From NCBI GenBank assembly GCA_965113315.1, contig OZ220363.1: a stretch of DNA of 64,000 nt; one strand, given 5' to 3'. The DNA comes from Podarcis vaucheri. Taxonomy: Eukaryota. Below the pieces are notes generated by a model. It was not told the origin of the DNA, made no database searches, and saw only the letters and a program-made list of their open reading frames with translations. Each line of letters begins with the position of its first letter. The first letter of the stretch is position 1. Below are positions 25,006 to 38,516 of the stretch, in pieces. A program made the translations under genes and the position numbers.

Positions 25006-26204
25006 CTGTGCAGAGAGAGGGAGAAAGAGCAGCTGCAAAAGAGGTGGTGTGGAGGAGGGGAAAAGGTCCACAACTTGCATGGATATAAAAGTTTGCACTG
25101 CCTTCTGGGAAGGAATGTGTTTAAATCTTAGCTCTCTTTTTCACATGCACTGGTTCTGTTATGCCCCGAGAGAGTGAGAGCCCTTTTATGTGCTGATGAT
25201 TACAGTTTGCTCAAAATCCTTAATCTCCCCAAGTCTCTCTCTAGCACAGTGTGGATTCTTGATCTATTGCTACCTAGCTGAGTCCAAAGGATTAGAGCAG
25301 CCTCCTGAGTGGCACAGTTCACTCTGCCTTGACGCAGATAGCCACCTTCACAGGTCTCTAAGAATAACTAAAGAGGATGAGCTTCATTTCACTTGTTTAG
25401 AGAGGGGGGAAATTTAGAACCCTCATAAAACTACTGTTACAGCTCAATGCATTCAAAGCTGACACTAGTCATAAATGTGTCTAAATTTATGATCACTTAT
25501 TGAGTCAGGCTACCTGGGAAGGAAGTTGGAGGACTTATTTTTCTGTCAGTAATTTGGTAGACTCAGTACAGCAGCCCCTTGGTATATACACTACTTCTGT
25601 GCATTCAAGATGTGTGCCTTTATCAGCCTCACTTCCAGTCTGTAAAATGGGGATACTAAGGCCAGCCTACTTACCTTACAAGGCAGTAGCAAGAATGCAT
25701 GAGGAATGTACCTAAATGCTAAGCAAATGAACAAAACCTGCACTAAAGAGCACGTATTTCCATTCTTGACTCAGAAGCACTGAAAATCCTGTCACAAAAC
25801 CTGTGTTAGCCATTAGGAGACTACAGTTCTCTGTAACATACACATAACCACAGTGAACTGGGAACTAATTAACTGTTGTACACGTTGCACCGTGTCTTGT
25901 ATCTGCCAGCTACTTGAAGGCCCTGATGAAGTTGCCACACTCACTCGGCCGCCTCAGAAACTGGATCTCAAGTTCATGCTCCTCTTTCCAACTTCCATTG
26001 ATCAGAGGCTGTCCCTTTGTTTTATGGAAAGGAACAAAAATGGCAGAGGGCCAAGGATAGTGAGGAGGGGGCTTATCCACACTTAGCTTTTGCCCCACTT
26101 TTTCCAGGCACAGACCTGAGCTTTAAAGCTCCATGTCCAGCCATTTGTTTGTATTTGCTGCGGAGCTTTCCCTGAAAAAACCTGCTCTTCCCCACACCCT
26201 ATGC

Positions 26205-26331
26205 CAGGTGTGGGAACCCTTTGGTCCTCCAGATGTTTCTGTACTACAATTCCCATCTTCCCCATGCTTGCCAGGGCTGATGGGAGTTGTAGTTCAGCAA
26301 CATCTGGAGGTCCAAAGGATCCCCACACCTG
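26205..26331. mobile_element. hAT-type palindromic MITE, 127 bp
   Basis: TIR caggtgtggg / cccacacctg, perfect 8-bp TSD ccctatgc. Relatives at about 38517-38637 and 63445-63586. Confidence 0.88.
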
Positions 26332-26675
26332 CCCTATGCTAAGCTTATGCACCAATGACTCTTCCAGGCAAAGCCTGGCTGAGATCACATCCCAGATGCT
26401 GATGACATGGGCAGAAATGTGAAAAGCAGTCAGAACAGATAAGGGCAAGCCAAGACTGAGCACTTACCAACCCTCTCGAGGAGCTCATACAATTCCAGGC
26501 ATGCATGATGCTCTGGCCTGAATCCTAAGGGTCTTGCCTACAGTGGAGGAAAGGACATTACAGGCCTCTCCATTTCTGTGGGAAGTTGGGTGGAGTTCTC
26601 CCCACGGCATACAGCACAGCCTAGCTTGCCAGCTTCCTCCCCAAGGAGACAGCAGCACTTGCCCTGATTCCATAC

Positions 26676-28069
26676 CTGATTCAGGCGACGTTCGCCGCGT
26701 CCGGCGCCCTTTGCCTCTGCTCCGAGTGCTCTTCCCTTCCTGAGGCTGCAATGCATTGTCCTTTTTCTCTGCCACTTTCCCGGTCTTTCTTTCCAACTCT
26801 CTGTTTGCACCGTGGGTCCCTGCCCTGCTTCTATCTGCTCCTGGTTCCGTCTTGGCCCAGGGCAGGGAATGTCCGTTCTGGCCAGATTCCCGTTTCCGGG
26901 CATGCGAGGCTGCACTTGGACCCTTGGGCTCATGGCTCCCTTTCGCCGCGTTCACAGACCCTCCATCCATGCAGTCATTGCTCTCTGGATGCCCAGCCTG
27001 CAGGAGGTCTCTCCTTCCCAAGGGGGCCGCCAGAGTCAGCGGGCACTGCTCCACCTTCCTCCGCAGATCCTGCCCATTCAGCTCGCTTTCCTTCTGACCC
27101 CTGCTGGGCTCTGCCACCTGCTCAGCTGTGGCCACGCTCCTCGCCAGAGGCTTTTGCGTCCCCTTGGTCTCGTCCCTGGGCCCCACCAGGACCACGCTGG
27201 ACAACACCAGCTGCTGCACGCCATGGGCATTCTCTGCCAGGGGCAAAGCCTTGAGGGGCTTGAGTTTCCGTGGTGGCGGGACCCTGGGAGCAGATGGCTC
27301 GGCGGAGGAACGTGGCGACGGTGACCTGAAGAGCTCTTGTGACCGCCGCAGCTGCTGCTGAGACACGGTGCGCTTGATGCGGCCTAGCTCCTCCGTGAAC
27401 TTGTGCTCCATGTCGTGCACGCGGCTGGAGAAGCGGCCGCGCTCATCCAAGGAAGCCGCCTTCTGGTGGAAGGCCCGGCGCCGGAACGCCACGCCGCCCA
27501 GCTCGGAGCGGGTGTCCTCTTGCAGGTCCTCATGGGAGACAGCCGAGAGGAAGGGGCTGGCATCATCGAAGCCGGGCTGGTCAAAAGAGCGCGTCTTGCG
27601 TAGCGGCAGCCATGTGTGCCCCGCAAAAGGGTTCTCGTTCTGCTCCAGGCTTTTGCGCCGCTCCTCAAAGAACTTCAGCTTGTCAAAGATTTTGGAGCCC
27701 GTCCGCGGCAGCTTGGGCGATGGGCGGAGGACGGAGACGCGGCTGGAGGCCTCGCTCAGCGGCGTCTGGGGCCGGGACTCTCCTGTGCAAGCCTGAGAGT
27801 AGCCAGATGACTTGGGGCGCTTCAGCTTCTCGTCCTGTTCCTCGGATGCCGTATCTTGGAACTCAGGGGGCATCAGCAGCTTCCTGCGGGGAGCCACAGG
27901 TGGGGTGGGGCCACGGCCAGCCCCAGGCGGCTGGACGGGGCACTGCCCTGCTCTGGGGGACACTGGGCGCTGGAGAGGAGGCTTCTGTGCTGGTGGGTGG
28001 AGGGTATCTGTGCTGGTTTTGCTGCTGCTGTTGGCATCATCCCTCCGGTACCCACCATGGGGGAGGTTG
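26676..28069 (-). CDS. SPEG: SPEG exon 4 equivalent, large Pro/Ser/Arg-rich exon
   Basis: Lies within the 533-aa ORF. ctgcag|C..CAG|gtatgg, 1394 nt, phase 2-1. Motifs ESRPQTPLSEAS, KLKFFEERRKSLE, KAASLDER. Confidence 0.95.
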
Positions 28070-28330
28070 CTGCAGTTGGAAGGCAAGACGTGGCACAGTT
28101 TGCTAAGGCAGGACAGCCTGAAAAACTCAAAAGAAGGTGAGCGGCAAAGGAGCAGGTGCCTATGCTGATGTCTTATTGATGTTTTGAATGCTGATTTACG
28201 GAACTTTTGTTGATTTTATCCTTATATTTGCTGATTTTATCCTTTTATTGATTTTATCCTCCTACTCCGTCTTGCTACGTTTTTATGAAAGTGTGGATTA
28301 TACATTAATAAATAAATAAATATGGAGAAC

Positions 28331-28611
28331 CAGTGCTCTTTTTCTAGAAAAATAGGTGCTGGTACTCACCATGAAGTTGTTAGCGTAAGTGCCTCACAAC
28401 AAAAGGGGTGCCGGTACTGCGTACCCTCAGTGGCGTAGCATGGGTTGGCAGCACCCGGGGCAAGGCAAGTAATTTGCGCCCCCTAACCCGTGGATTTGCG
28501 CCCCCTAACCCTAACCCCCAGATGTTGCGCCTGGTGCAGCTGGCCCCCCCTGCACCCCCCACGCTACGCCACTGCGTACCCTTGAGTACCCCCTGGTTAA
28601 ACAAGCACATG
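28331..28611. mobile_element. Older MITE hosting the 147-bp element
   Basis: Degenerate inverted ends cagtgctctttt..ggtactca / tgagtacc..caagcacatg, interrupted by the nested insert. Confidence 0.55.
28428..28574. mobile_element. hAT-type MITE, 147 bp
   Basis: TIR CAGTGGCGTAGC / GCTACGCCACTG, perfect 8-bp TSD cgtaccct. Confidence 0.9.
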
Positions 28612-30165
28612 GCCAACTCCTCCTAATGGCAGACCTGGGGTTTAAATTACCCATGGAAGAGAGAGGTGAGGCAGTGAGAAGGAGCAACAGTCGTGTACTT
28701 CTGTCCTTAGATGAAGAGGTGTGTGCATGTGTACAGGGGAGGGTGTGTGTGTTTGTTTTTGCCTTCTCCAGCAGTGTGTGGCTTGGCTTACTATCTGAAT
28801 CTCCTCAAGCTGTTTGCCCCACCTAGACCTTTCTGCAGTGCCCCTGCTCTGTGCTGTGGCATACTGTGGTCTGGATTGCATTGTGATGGGTCTTGCCTCA
28901 TAAAAATGTGGGATTTTTTTTAATGTTTGATGTCTTACTTGTGTTTTAATTTGTTTTGGAAGCTGCCCAGAGTGGCTGGGGGGCAACCCAGTCAGATGGG
29001 TGGCATATATATATAAATAAATCATCATCATATTTGATTCCAAGACTGGCCAGATGGGTGAACTGGGATTCTCCGCCAAAAGTCCAGGGAAAATACCCAC
29101 TCTTCCTGGCAAGATCCAACTCTTGGTCTTATCTGCTGAATGAGCCATGCCAGATGCTGCACTAGGGCAAAGGAAGAGATTGGGGGGAGTTCATCAAGCT
29201 GTGCATCAGTGGTAGATGGCCTGGCTTGAGGAAGCAGGGGAAGACAAGGGGAGGCCCTGGTGCAGCCAGAAATGCAACAGAAGGCAGAGGATAGGGGAAT
29301 AGAGAGCTGCATCCTGTACACAGACATGCTGTTTCCCACAGGTACAAACACTAATTCATGTGTACATACGAACAGATACATACTTGGCACACATACATTA
29401 ATTCCAAGGCCAACTCAGTTCCTTACAACAAATGGGCATGCATGTCCAGCTGCATGCACACACGCACACAGTGAGAATTATGCAAGTGTATACTTAGTTA
29501 GGTACCATAGCCAGAGGATGATAAGCGTGAGGATAAAGTTGGGAAAGCAAACTCAGGAGGAAAGAAGAGGGAGATGAGGGAGTCTCAAGTGACCTAACGT
29601 AGCTCTGCACCCACCCTCTCAAAGATCCTTACTACACTCACTGCCTCTGCAGTTAACATGGAGTGTGCTGCCATTTTCACAGCATGACGGGTTTCAGCTT
29701 TCGCTTTTAAGAAAAACCGCTGGTATCCAGTTTCCCATTATTACAGGGGGGGAATAATAAAAATGTGTGGGCAGTGCCTGCTAATGGCTCAGAAACTGAA
29801 ATGGATCTATATATGGTATGAGGAAGAGATTTGGCACTCGACACGGCTTATCATCTCTCCCTGTTTGCCTCCCTGCATCGCTACATTTCTAGAATAAAAG
29901 GGGTTCTTAATGGGGGTTTTTAAAATGTGTGTGTGTTGAATTTATCAAAAGTCGCATTAGTGTAGCCAAAAGCACCACTACCAAAGAGATAATCACATCA
30001 CCATCATTACATCATTTGTTGGGTTCTTAATTACCATTCCCTTAAGCAACAGCAACCAGTCTCTCTTTCACGTCATCCTTATGGATGAGGTTACTACCTA
30101 CCTCTGATTGTGCTTCTGTATTCTATAGTTTCTCCAGATTTGCCTGCCTGAAGTTGTTTAATAAT

Positions 30166-30285
30166 CATAGAATCATAGAGTTGGAAAGGATCCTGAGGGT
30201 CATCTAGTCCAACCCCCTGCCCACAGCCATCCCTGGGAGGTCTTGAGCCCACGGTCTTCTGGTTAACAGTCACATGCACTGACCT
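30166..30285 (-). mobile_element. tRNA-derived SINE with CR1-like tail
   Basis: catagaatcatagagttggaaagg...tctagtccaacccc; same family as 61592-61738. Confidence 0.7.
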
Positions 30286-31623
30286 CAGAAATAGGTGAAT
30301 ATAAGAACATATGAAGACCCCAGCTGGGCCAGACCAATGGCCTATCTAGTCCAGCATTCTGTCTCCACAGTAGTCAGCTAGAGGAAAAAAATATTTGTAT
30401 CCACTTACTCTACACCATGCATAATTATATATTCCTGAATGATGCGCTCCCTTTACTTTACTTTTCTAAACTAAAATCCCCAAATGCAGATGGTGGCATC
30501 GAAACCCTCCTATTTCTCCCCATTAATCTAGGCCTTGGTGGGAACGGTATAGGCCCCTGTCTATATGACAATCACAACCTCTTGTGACTGTCTCCACCTT
30601 TACCTACACCAAGCCAGCTATGGGGGTCTCGTCTCTGTGTGGGTGAAATCAAACATTCAGATGAAACGGCAATTTCCTATCCAATGGTCCTGTCTCGGTT
30701 TGGCTAATTTACATAAAGCGCAATCAAGCCTCAGTACAGCACTTTTATGTTCCACTAATCTCAAAAGGATTTGTTTTAAGCAGGTGCTTAATCTTCCCTT
30801 GAAGTAAATGGAACTCAGAAGTACTTAATATTAGCTCAGTTGCACCCATAAGTCATAAATTTGGATTTGGGTTATCCAGGTTATCCAGGATTTGGAGGGC
30901 TTAAATGACTCGCTTGGTCATGGCAATTTCTTCGCTAGCCCATACCAGGACTGGTATTCCTTTTGAAATGAAAGGTGATATAGGCATTATTTTACTATCA
31001 ATTTAAATAATATTGCCATGCGTCAAAAGAGTGAGTGCAGCTCACTGTGCTTGGGTTGTTTTTTTAAGTGCCGCAATTGATGCCCCAATTAAATGGGCAT
31101 CTCTCAGAGTTTGGTGTTGGAGGGCCTATTACTAATGCCATTGGCTTTATGCGAAACAGGGTCAGCTCCAGGCCAAAGGAAGACAGCAAACCCTGGGGAG
31201 GGGAGGAACTATGGAGACTCTGCTCTCTATGCTCATTAGGGAGTGGGAAGCCTGGGCCAGCAGCAGATACCTACCTATGCAGCCCATTGTCCTCATAGCA
31301 ACATTTTAGGAGCGCGAAGGCAGGAGGCGATGGGGAGGGGGAAGATACTGCAGCAGAGGAAGCAGTAGGAGAGACAATGGCAGGATAGTGTGGGTGGCTT
31401 CAGAGGGTATAGAGAGTGCAGCGGGGGCTGTGGATGGAGGGTGCCATGACATCAGGGATCGGGACAGTGATGATGGGGCTCGGGAAAGTTTCGTGGTGCC
31501 TCGGAATCAATGACTTAAGAGGTTGAGGGTTCAGCGAGGGATTATGACTGGAGAGTAGGGGGGAAGAGATGGTCCCAGCATAATGGCCCTTGCACCCCAC
31601 TCCACGGCCCCACGGCTACTTAC

Positions 31624-31966
31624 ACGTGCAAGGAGAGGGCACGGCCCCGGTACAGGCTGAAGGCACTGCCGTAGGGGTCGCTCCCCAGAGACAGGCTGTC
31701 CTCGGACCCCGGGGCCACACCAATCAGCTCCGCCCGTGATGCCCGCACCAGCGGCTCCACCCCCAGGTGCCGGGCCTCGGCAGGTGCTTGCCTTGGAATG
31801 CTGGGGTGCAGGTAGGGTCCCCTCACCGTGGGGCCAGCCTCTGGGTCCTTCTCCAACACCGTGGTCTGGCTCCCTGACCAGTTGGAGTGCTCATCTGTCT
31901 GGGACAGGCCTGGCACTGAGGTCGGCGTGGTCTTCATGGAGGCATCCACCAGCGTGTCCGACTCCC
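31624..31966 (-). CDS. SPEG: SPEG exon 3 equivalent (GESDTLVD...[17 protein letters not shown])
   Basis: ttgcag|GG..GT|gtaagt, 343 nt, phase 1-2. Confidence 0.95.
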
Positions 31967-33724
31967 CTGCAAGGAAAGAGAGACATGAACTGATCGAGGG
32001 GCCTGGGAAGCCCTCCATCTCCCTTGCATCAGATCGGGGCCTGGTAACCCGAGATTCTATCGATATTGTTTAATTTAGGAGGCTGTAAAGTATCGGTTTC
32101 TTGGAGCGTGCAGTGCCACTGCATATATCATGGGTTAGCGTCAGGCCGTGTTCTTGAGGGCTAAGAATAAGCATTTTTCTCTCAGCTGGAAAGGACAAAG
32201 AAGAGGGGCGAAGAAGGAAAAGAAGACAAGGCCAGGTTGGTCACTTAATAACTCAGCCACCAAGATGATGCGGCCAGAGTGAAGGGAAACACAATTATGC
32301 AACACACAAGGTCAGGCATTTGCAGTGAAGGAAGGAGAGACGAACAATTTCTTATTGCAATGATATAAATGAATATTCATGTAGCTCTTTTAACATGCAC
32401 AGTGCATTGCAATCATTGACTTGTTTATCCTGCTTTGCAAGGTAGATCATTGTTCCCCCAACTTTTTAGAGACTAGCTTACCCAAGACTACCTACTGAAG
32501 GAAGAGCAGCGATGGAAGGCCAGAACCGCAGTGCTCTGTGCCAGGCACTGAAGACAAGTTCACTGGGTATAAAGTTGCCCAAACTGAAAATGGGAGCTTA
32601 TGCCTTGTGTTGTTGTCCCCGGAACCACCCCAAAAGAGGCACCGGGATGATCAAAACAATGGGAAACCTCTTTTGTGACAGAAAACTGGGACCTGTTTTT
32701 TTGTTCAGTAAAAAGAATGTGAGAGAATAGGACTGCAATTTTTTTTAAAGAGACACTTCGAGAGGAAAGAACGATTTAAACTAAAGGAGAATGTGGAAAG
32801 GCAAACAGGTGGCTAAAAGTTGCCCAATGAAAAACTGAGGTTGGAAAGCCAAAGAAGGTTGATAACAGTGAAAAGTGCATGGGGAATAATCTCATACATT
32901 TACTCAAAAGAATGAATGGAAACTATTCACCTGCTTAGGTAGGTGCTCTCAGGGAAATAAACCTGACTCCCCACACTGCTGACTTCTGAGAATCCAGCTT
33001 GCTCCTATCTGCATAAACATGTGCACAGCTCCATCCTGAGTTCTGTTTCTTTGTCACCTGGGAGTGTGACTGGCTTTTTTATACAATATAACGTTATGCA
33101 GAACGATTATATATATATATGCACATTGACACTTAAACCCTGCTCATTAAAGATTCCAACTGTTGCTCAATTCAGAATACAGCCCCCATTAAGCACAATT
33201 TGCTAACTGGGATGCATGATCAACCAAGGGCTCTATCTCCCCCTGCCCCATTTGCCTAGTCATTCTGTGGAAGGTGCATGAGCACCGTCTGAAGTGACCG
33301 TGTACTGAAGGAACCCAGCATGAGGAGGCTATAGTTAAAGGCTGCGATTTTTCAGTTTTATTTCTGTGGAATCTAATGACCTTTATGCTTTGCTGAGTCC
33401 TCCTCCGATATAAAGTTGCCCTCTTTATTAAATTAATGTTCTGCGTCGGTTAATATGTGCCCTTCTTCCAGGAAAAGGTGATGTCAGGTTGGCTATGTCT
33501 CCGGGGAGCAGTAATTCTCATGCTCCAATGGTAGCTGTCTGCAAAAAGGAACCCTGAAGAGAGAGTTAAACTCTTTGGCCAATGATCCAAAAAAGCTGGA
33601 CACTCAGGGACAGAAGAAGACCCTGCTCATAGGATTCATGGTGAACAAATCACGGGGGAGTGGGGCTATTTGTGTTGGCATGGTATATGTGACATACCAC
33701 TCTTGCCTCAGAAAGGGCCAGGCA

Positions 33725-34018
33725 AGGATAGGATAGAAAACAGAGGAAGATGGAAAGGAATTGCTGAAATAATTAATAGAAGTGGAATACAAAAAGGGAG
33801 GTGTGAGGAGGTCGTGGAAATTAGTGAAAGAAAGATAAGATATTGAAATTGGACTGTGTTTTAAATGGTTTTTGTTTTGTTTTGTTAGTTGTATGTTAGT
33901 GTTTTGCAGTTGTTTTTTGTATTGTATTGTATTATTGTATGTTTTTCCTTTTTTGGTTTTTTGTAGTGTTGTGTTCAATTTGTTGGAAAACTAATAAATA
34001 TTATTATAAAAAAAACAA
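33725..34018 (+). mobile_element. 5'-truncated L1-like retrotransposon 3' end
   Basis: GT-rich 3'UTR, aataaa, A-tail, and a perfect 16-bp TSD cagaaagggccaggca (33709-33724 / 34019-34034). Confidence 0.8.
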
Positions 34019-34188
34019 CAGAAAGGGCCAGGCAGCAGGGAGGCTACAGTCTCAGGATTATGAGGGGATTTGGGGGCAGGATTGCTGGGGCGCCAGCCGC
34101 AACATCTTTGGCTTGAAATATAGTTCCATGCCCATTCTGCTCAGAGTGCTTGCCAAACCTCTCCATTCACCTGCCTTCTTCTCCTCAC

Positions 34189-34278
34189 CTGTTGGGGAGC
34201 TATAGGTGGTCTCATCCTGGAGCTGGCTGCGTTGGGTCACCTGTGTGCTGCTGGCATCATCTTCTCCCGTCTCCGAGT
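34189..34278 (-). CDS. SPEG: SPEG exon 2 equivalent (DSETGEDDASSTQVTQRSQLQDETTYSSPT)
   Basis: cttcag|AC..ACAG|gtgagg, 90 nt, phase 1-1. Confidence 0.93.
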
Positions 34279-36011
34279 CTGAAGCAAGAGAAAGGACAAG
34301 GTGAGGGAGGACCTTGATCAACAGGTCAGTCCACACCTTCGCCTTGGGTGCTTGTACCCATCCATCAAAACTGTATGGCAGAATCACAAACAGATCTCGC
34401 GAGACTCAGAAGTCCCAAGTAAGATCTTGAAAATTCAGCTCTCAGTAAAGGGGTGGCTGGATTGTGACAAAATTGACTCCTTTATTGGTGTTATGAAGAG
34501 AAGGTACAATATAAAAATTGAATTGCATAAAATAATTACTCATTATTAGAAATAATTGTCTATATTTCTGGTGATTCTTTTATCATAAGTGTTTACTAAC
34601 GTATGGGGGGCACAGAGGAAAAACATACAAAATGGTGTCAGATGTGCTGCTCCAGCAGAAATGCTCTTAAACCACCGTCAATGCCCAGTTTTAGAGAATC
34701 CTGGAGCAGGGCTCTGTTATGCTCACAGTTTTATTGTTGTAGCATTGGAAAGGCATTGAACAATATTTGTTTTAGGGTTGTATTTGTGGCATTCTAGGTC
34801 ATTTTATACATTAGTGTGGTTTTATTTTGGGCTAAGGCTTATCACAGATCATTTTGAATGCTCTGAATGTAATGAAAGACATGATGGCTGGTCACTAAAT
34901 ACAATGAAATTAATCTGATTCTAAGAAGCATTCTCTTTGTAGAGTTTCCATTTTCTTTCAGGGCTCCCCTAATTTGCAATATGCCCAACAGCAATGACCT
35001 GGAGTCTACCATACTCAAGGAAAGGCATCAAATGGCAAACTGTTGACACAGCCATGTGCAAGAACATATGCAGATTATCCAGGGCCTTGCAAAACCAGTG
35101 GCATCCTTGCAGTGCAGGTTTCAACTCTCAATAATTTGCCATCCTCTCAGGATCTAGATACTCAGGGCTACCATAGTGCCTAGAGGAAAACAAATACCAA
35201 AGCTGCAAATAAGGAAGCCTGGAAGACCCATTCCTTCTCCCTTGAAAAGAGCCCAAGGGAGGAGATGATTTGTATCTCTGTGATTCTACCTCTGCGGAAT
35301 TCCAGAACTTTGTCTGCTAGGTAAACAAGGGCCCTGAACATTGGAAGAGGCAAGTGGAAAGGGGGGGGTGTCCCCTCCCTTTCTTCTTGCATTTTCTTAG
35401 ATGCAAATTACTGCCTCAGAAGCCACACTTTGCAAGGGAAAATGGGCTTTCATGGCAAAACTTCATATTATAGACATATTTTCTCTTTTAAAAAATGAAT
35501 GTCAGGCTGCAATCTGGATCAGAAGACCTGTGGGTGGGAAGGAGGTGCTTTTTCCCGGCAGCCATTTTTCTGCTTATAATTGCCTTTCCCCTCCCCCTGC
35601 TGCTTTCCTCTCCACAGGGAGAAAGATATGGGAGGGGGGCTGTAGCTTCTTCCCTGCAGGTGGAAAGAGTAGTTTAATGGGAACTAATCTGAGTGGGAAA
35701 ACACGCTGTTGGGAATACCTTAAGCCTTCCCAAGCCACCATTCCTTTACGGCCAATTACAGCCTCCTGAAATCTGAAAAAGTTACATGCCACTACATATT
35801 AACATGTAGGTTATCATTCTGCCCCCCTTGGTTCAACAGCAACCTCAGAGACATCCCATGGAAGCATGACAGATTGCTCCCAAGTACAGCCTGGATTGCA
35901 CATCCCCAAAGAAGGACTGGATAAAAATATACATAAATTAGTAAGTCGTTGGAGTCAAATACTGAGAGCCCAGGAGTCTGCCCCTCTTGGGCATGGTGGC
36001 TCCTCCATAAA

Positions 36012-36100
36012 GAAAGGAAAGGAAAGGAAAGGAAAGGAAAGGAAAGGGAAGGGAAGGGAAGGGAAGGGAAGGGAGAGAGAGAGAGACAGAGACAGAAAGA
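36012..36100. repeat. (GGAAA)n(GGGAA)n(GA)n polypurine microsatellite
   Basis: Read directly from the sequence. Confidence 0.97.
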
Positions 36101-37036
36101 AGCTCATTTTTCTGGCAGCTGCAGCTCTCCATAGGAGCCTTTACCCCACAGCTAAGAAAACCACAGGGAGAGTTGTGAGTGATGCTTGACAGATCAGTGT
36201 GGCAGCAAATTGACTGGCAGGTTGAAGAAAGGCCAACAACACAGCCATGCCAGGTGAACGGAAGTCAAACAAAAAAATTGGGCCTTTGAGAGCCCTGCTC
36301 CTTTTGGGGAGAGGACTTGAAGTGCTGGTGCGTGTGTGAGATTTATTTTATTTTTATTTGAGCAGAATAATAGCTGGAAGGGAATGTGTCAAGCTGCTCC
36401 CACAACCGTACCTCCTCAAAGTTTGCTTTCGGTTAAAAAGAGAGAATGTTGGGGGCAGGAGGGGATCCATGTACAGCGTTGCATGTCCATCTCCATGGGA
36501 AATCGAGTCAGCCCATAATAGCAAGATTTGCGTGGAGAGACAGAGAGAACCTTCCGCTATGTACTAGTAGTGCAGGGAAGGGCTGGCAGCAGCGTGGGAA
36601 GGGAAGATGCTCAGGCCAGTCATACAGAGAAGCAAAAGGATGCCCACCAAATTCTGCTAGAATAGGATGAGCCCCGCAAAGGAAGAAAGCAGCAACAGCA
36701 GGATGAAGAGGAGGCATGGAGACAGCCAGGAGGGCAGGTGGGGAGGGGGTGTGGGATGAAACGCAGCTTGGGAAGAGAAAAGCATGAGGCAGCACAATTT
36801 CCTACCGTAACTTTGCTTTCTGCAGGAGCGGAAAACTTCGCTTCCATAGGGGCAGCAAGAAAGAGAGACACACGTCAACAAAGCGTTACCGCCCAAATCA
36901 GCCCAGGCCCTCAGATATTCCAACATGTGATGGAAGAGGGGATTTATAGCCTCTGGCCCATGAAACCCATTGAAATTTGGGAGAATGCATGAGCAGGGAA
37001 AGTGGACAAGAAGGCAAGGCATACGGACATAACCTA

Positions 37037-37205
37037 CCGTATTTTTCGCTCTATAACACGCACCCGACCATAACACGCACGTAGTTTTTAGAGGAGGAAA
37101 ATCTGTATGCATGCCACCCGTGGGCATTCCCTCCATAACACGCACAGACATTTCCCCTTACTTTTTAGGAGGAAAAAAGTGAGTGTTATGGTGCAAAAAA
37201 TACGG
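37037..37205. mobile_element. Tc1/mariner-pogo-type MITE
   Basis: TA|ccgtattttt ... aaaaatacgg|TA, internal ataacacgcac repeats. Confidence 0.85.
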
Positions 37206-38516
37206 TAAATGGTAGAAGGTACCGCTCACCATTGAAACTCATAAGGACCTGCCTGGGGAGTGAAATCTAGCAGGAAACAAAATAAAAAACTTGGGCTGGG
37301 GTGGGTGGGGTTGCAACAGCCATTTCTTGAATAATCCCCACGTGTTTCAAGACCCGGGTTCAAAACGCCCAGCACCAGTAGTATCTTCTCCACTCCCCCA
37401 AGCCACGACCCTCTCATTCCCTTTCCCCCAAGCTGCAGCCTCCACCTATACGTCACAGCAACTGAAGTGCCAGCTGATCAAAGGAAACCTTGCTGGGTGG
37501 CAACAAAAGCCCCCTATTATGTGACTATATAGAGCTTAACTTGCAGGATCAGATCAAAAGCCACCTACTCCAGCATTTACGGTTTCCAAATGGTAGCTAA
37601 CCACAAATCCCCCCCCCTTCCACCACCCACCCCCAGCAAACTCACAATCAGGACATTAACCTGAGGGCCAACCTCTGTATTTTGTCCCTAGCATCTGCTA
37701 ATAAAAGATACACTGCCTCTGAACAAGCACGTTTTATATTTAGTTATTATAGTTAATGGCAACAGATAGGCCTACCCTCTCTGAATTTATTGAATGCATC
37801 TTAAAGCCACCTAAGTTACGGACCAGCACTATGTACCATCCTAGGGAATTCTATATGGACATCATCTTGCCTGTCCTAAATATATTACCAATGGGTGGCA
37901 TCAAGTTTCTAGCTTCAGAACAATGCAGGTGATTAAACCAACTTCAAACTATGGTTTAATATCCTGACTTGTTCCAAAGCTGGTAATCATTGTTTCCTGG
38001 TTTGGACAAAATAGGAAACAATGCTTTAAGTAGCGAGCTTGTTTGCTCAAACATAAAGGGAGGAGTCAAGAGGCTGCGTGTGTGAGCAAGAGATAGGATT
38101 CAGCTGAGACAGGGTAATCCAAATGTCATAAATGTCATAAATGTGATTCTGCACAAAGCAATTCAAACTGTCTGAAATATCTGTCTTTTGGTCCTTCTTT
38201 ATATAAAACACACACAACATGCCACCGTATCACAGTGTACAGCTTCCCTTTGGATCCCCCCCTTTTGGCAATGTTGCCTCCTTATTCTGAAAAGGGCAGG
38301 GCTTCTATCCCTTGTATAGATCTGAGACAGGTCAACTTTGCGAAGGTGTAGTTTCTCCCATCATTGCAACCTTGTAGGAGAAACTATACCTGTAAAATGT
38401 CACTTGTTAACGGAACAGGAACCTTTGCCTTTGTAGAATATGTACGGCTCCCAAGGTCTACAAACTGAGCTCTAACTTCTATCAGCTAAGTGGGTGCAGG
38501 AGGAGGTTGCTATGGA

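Noticed and set aside
26751-28168. Several overlapping plus-strand ORFs of 110-170 aa
   Set aside because: Antisense shadows of the GC-rich SPEG exon 4
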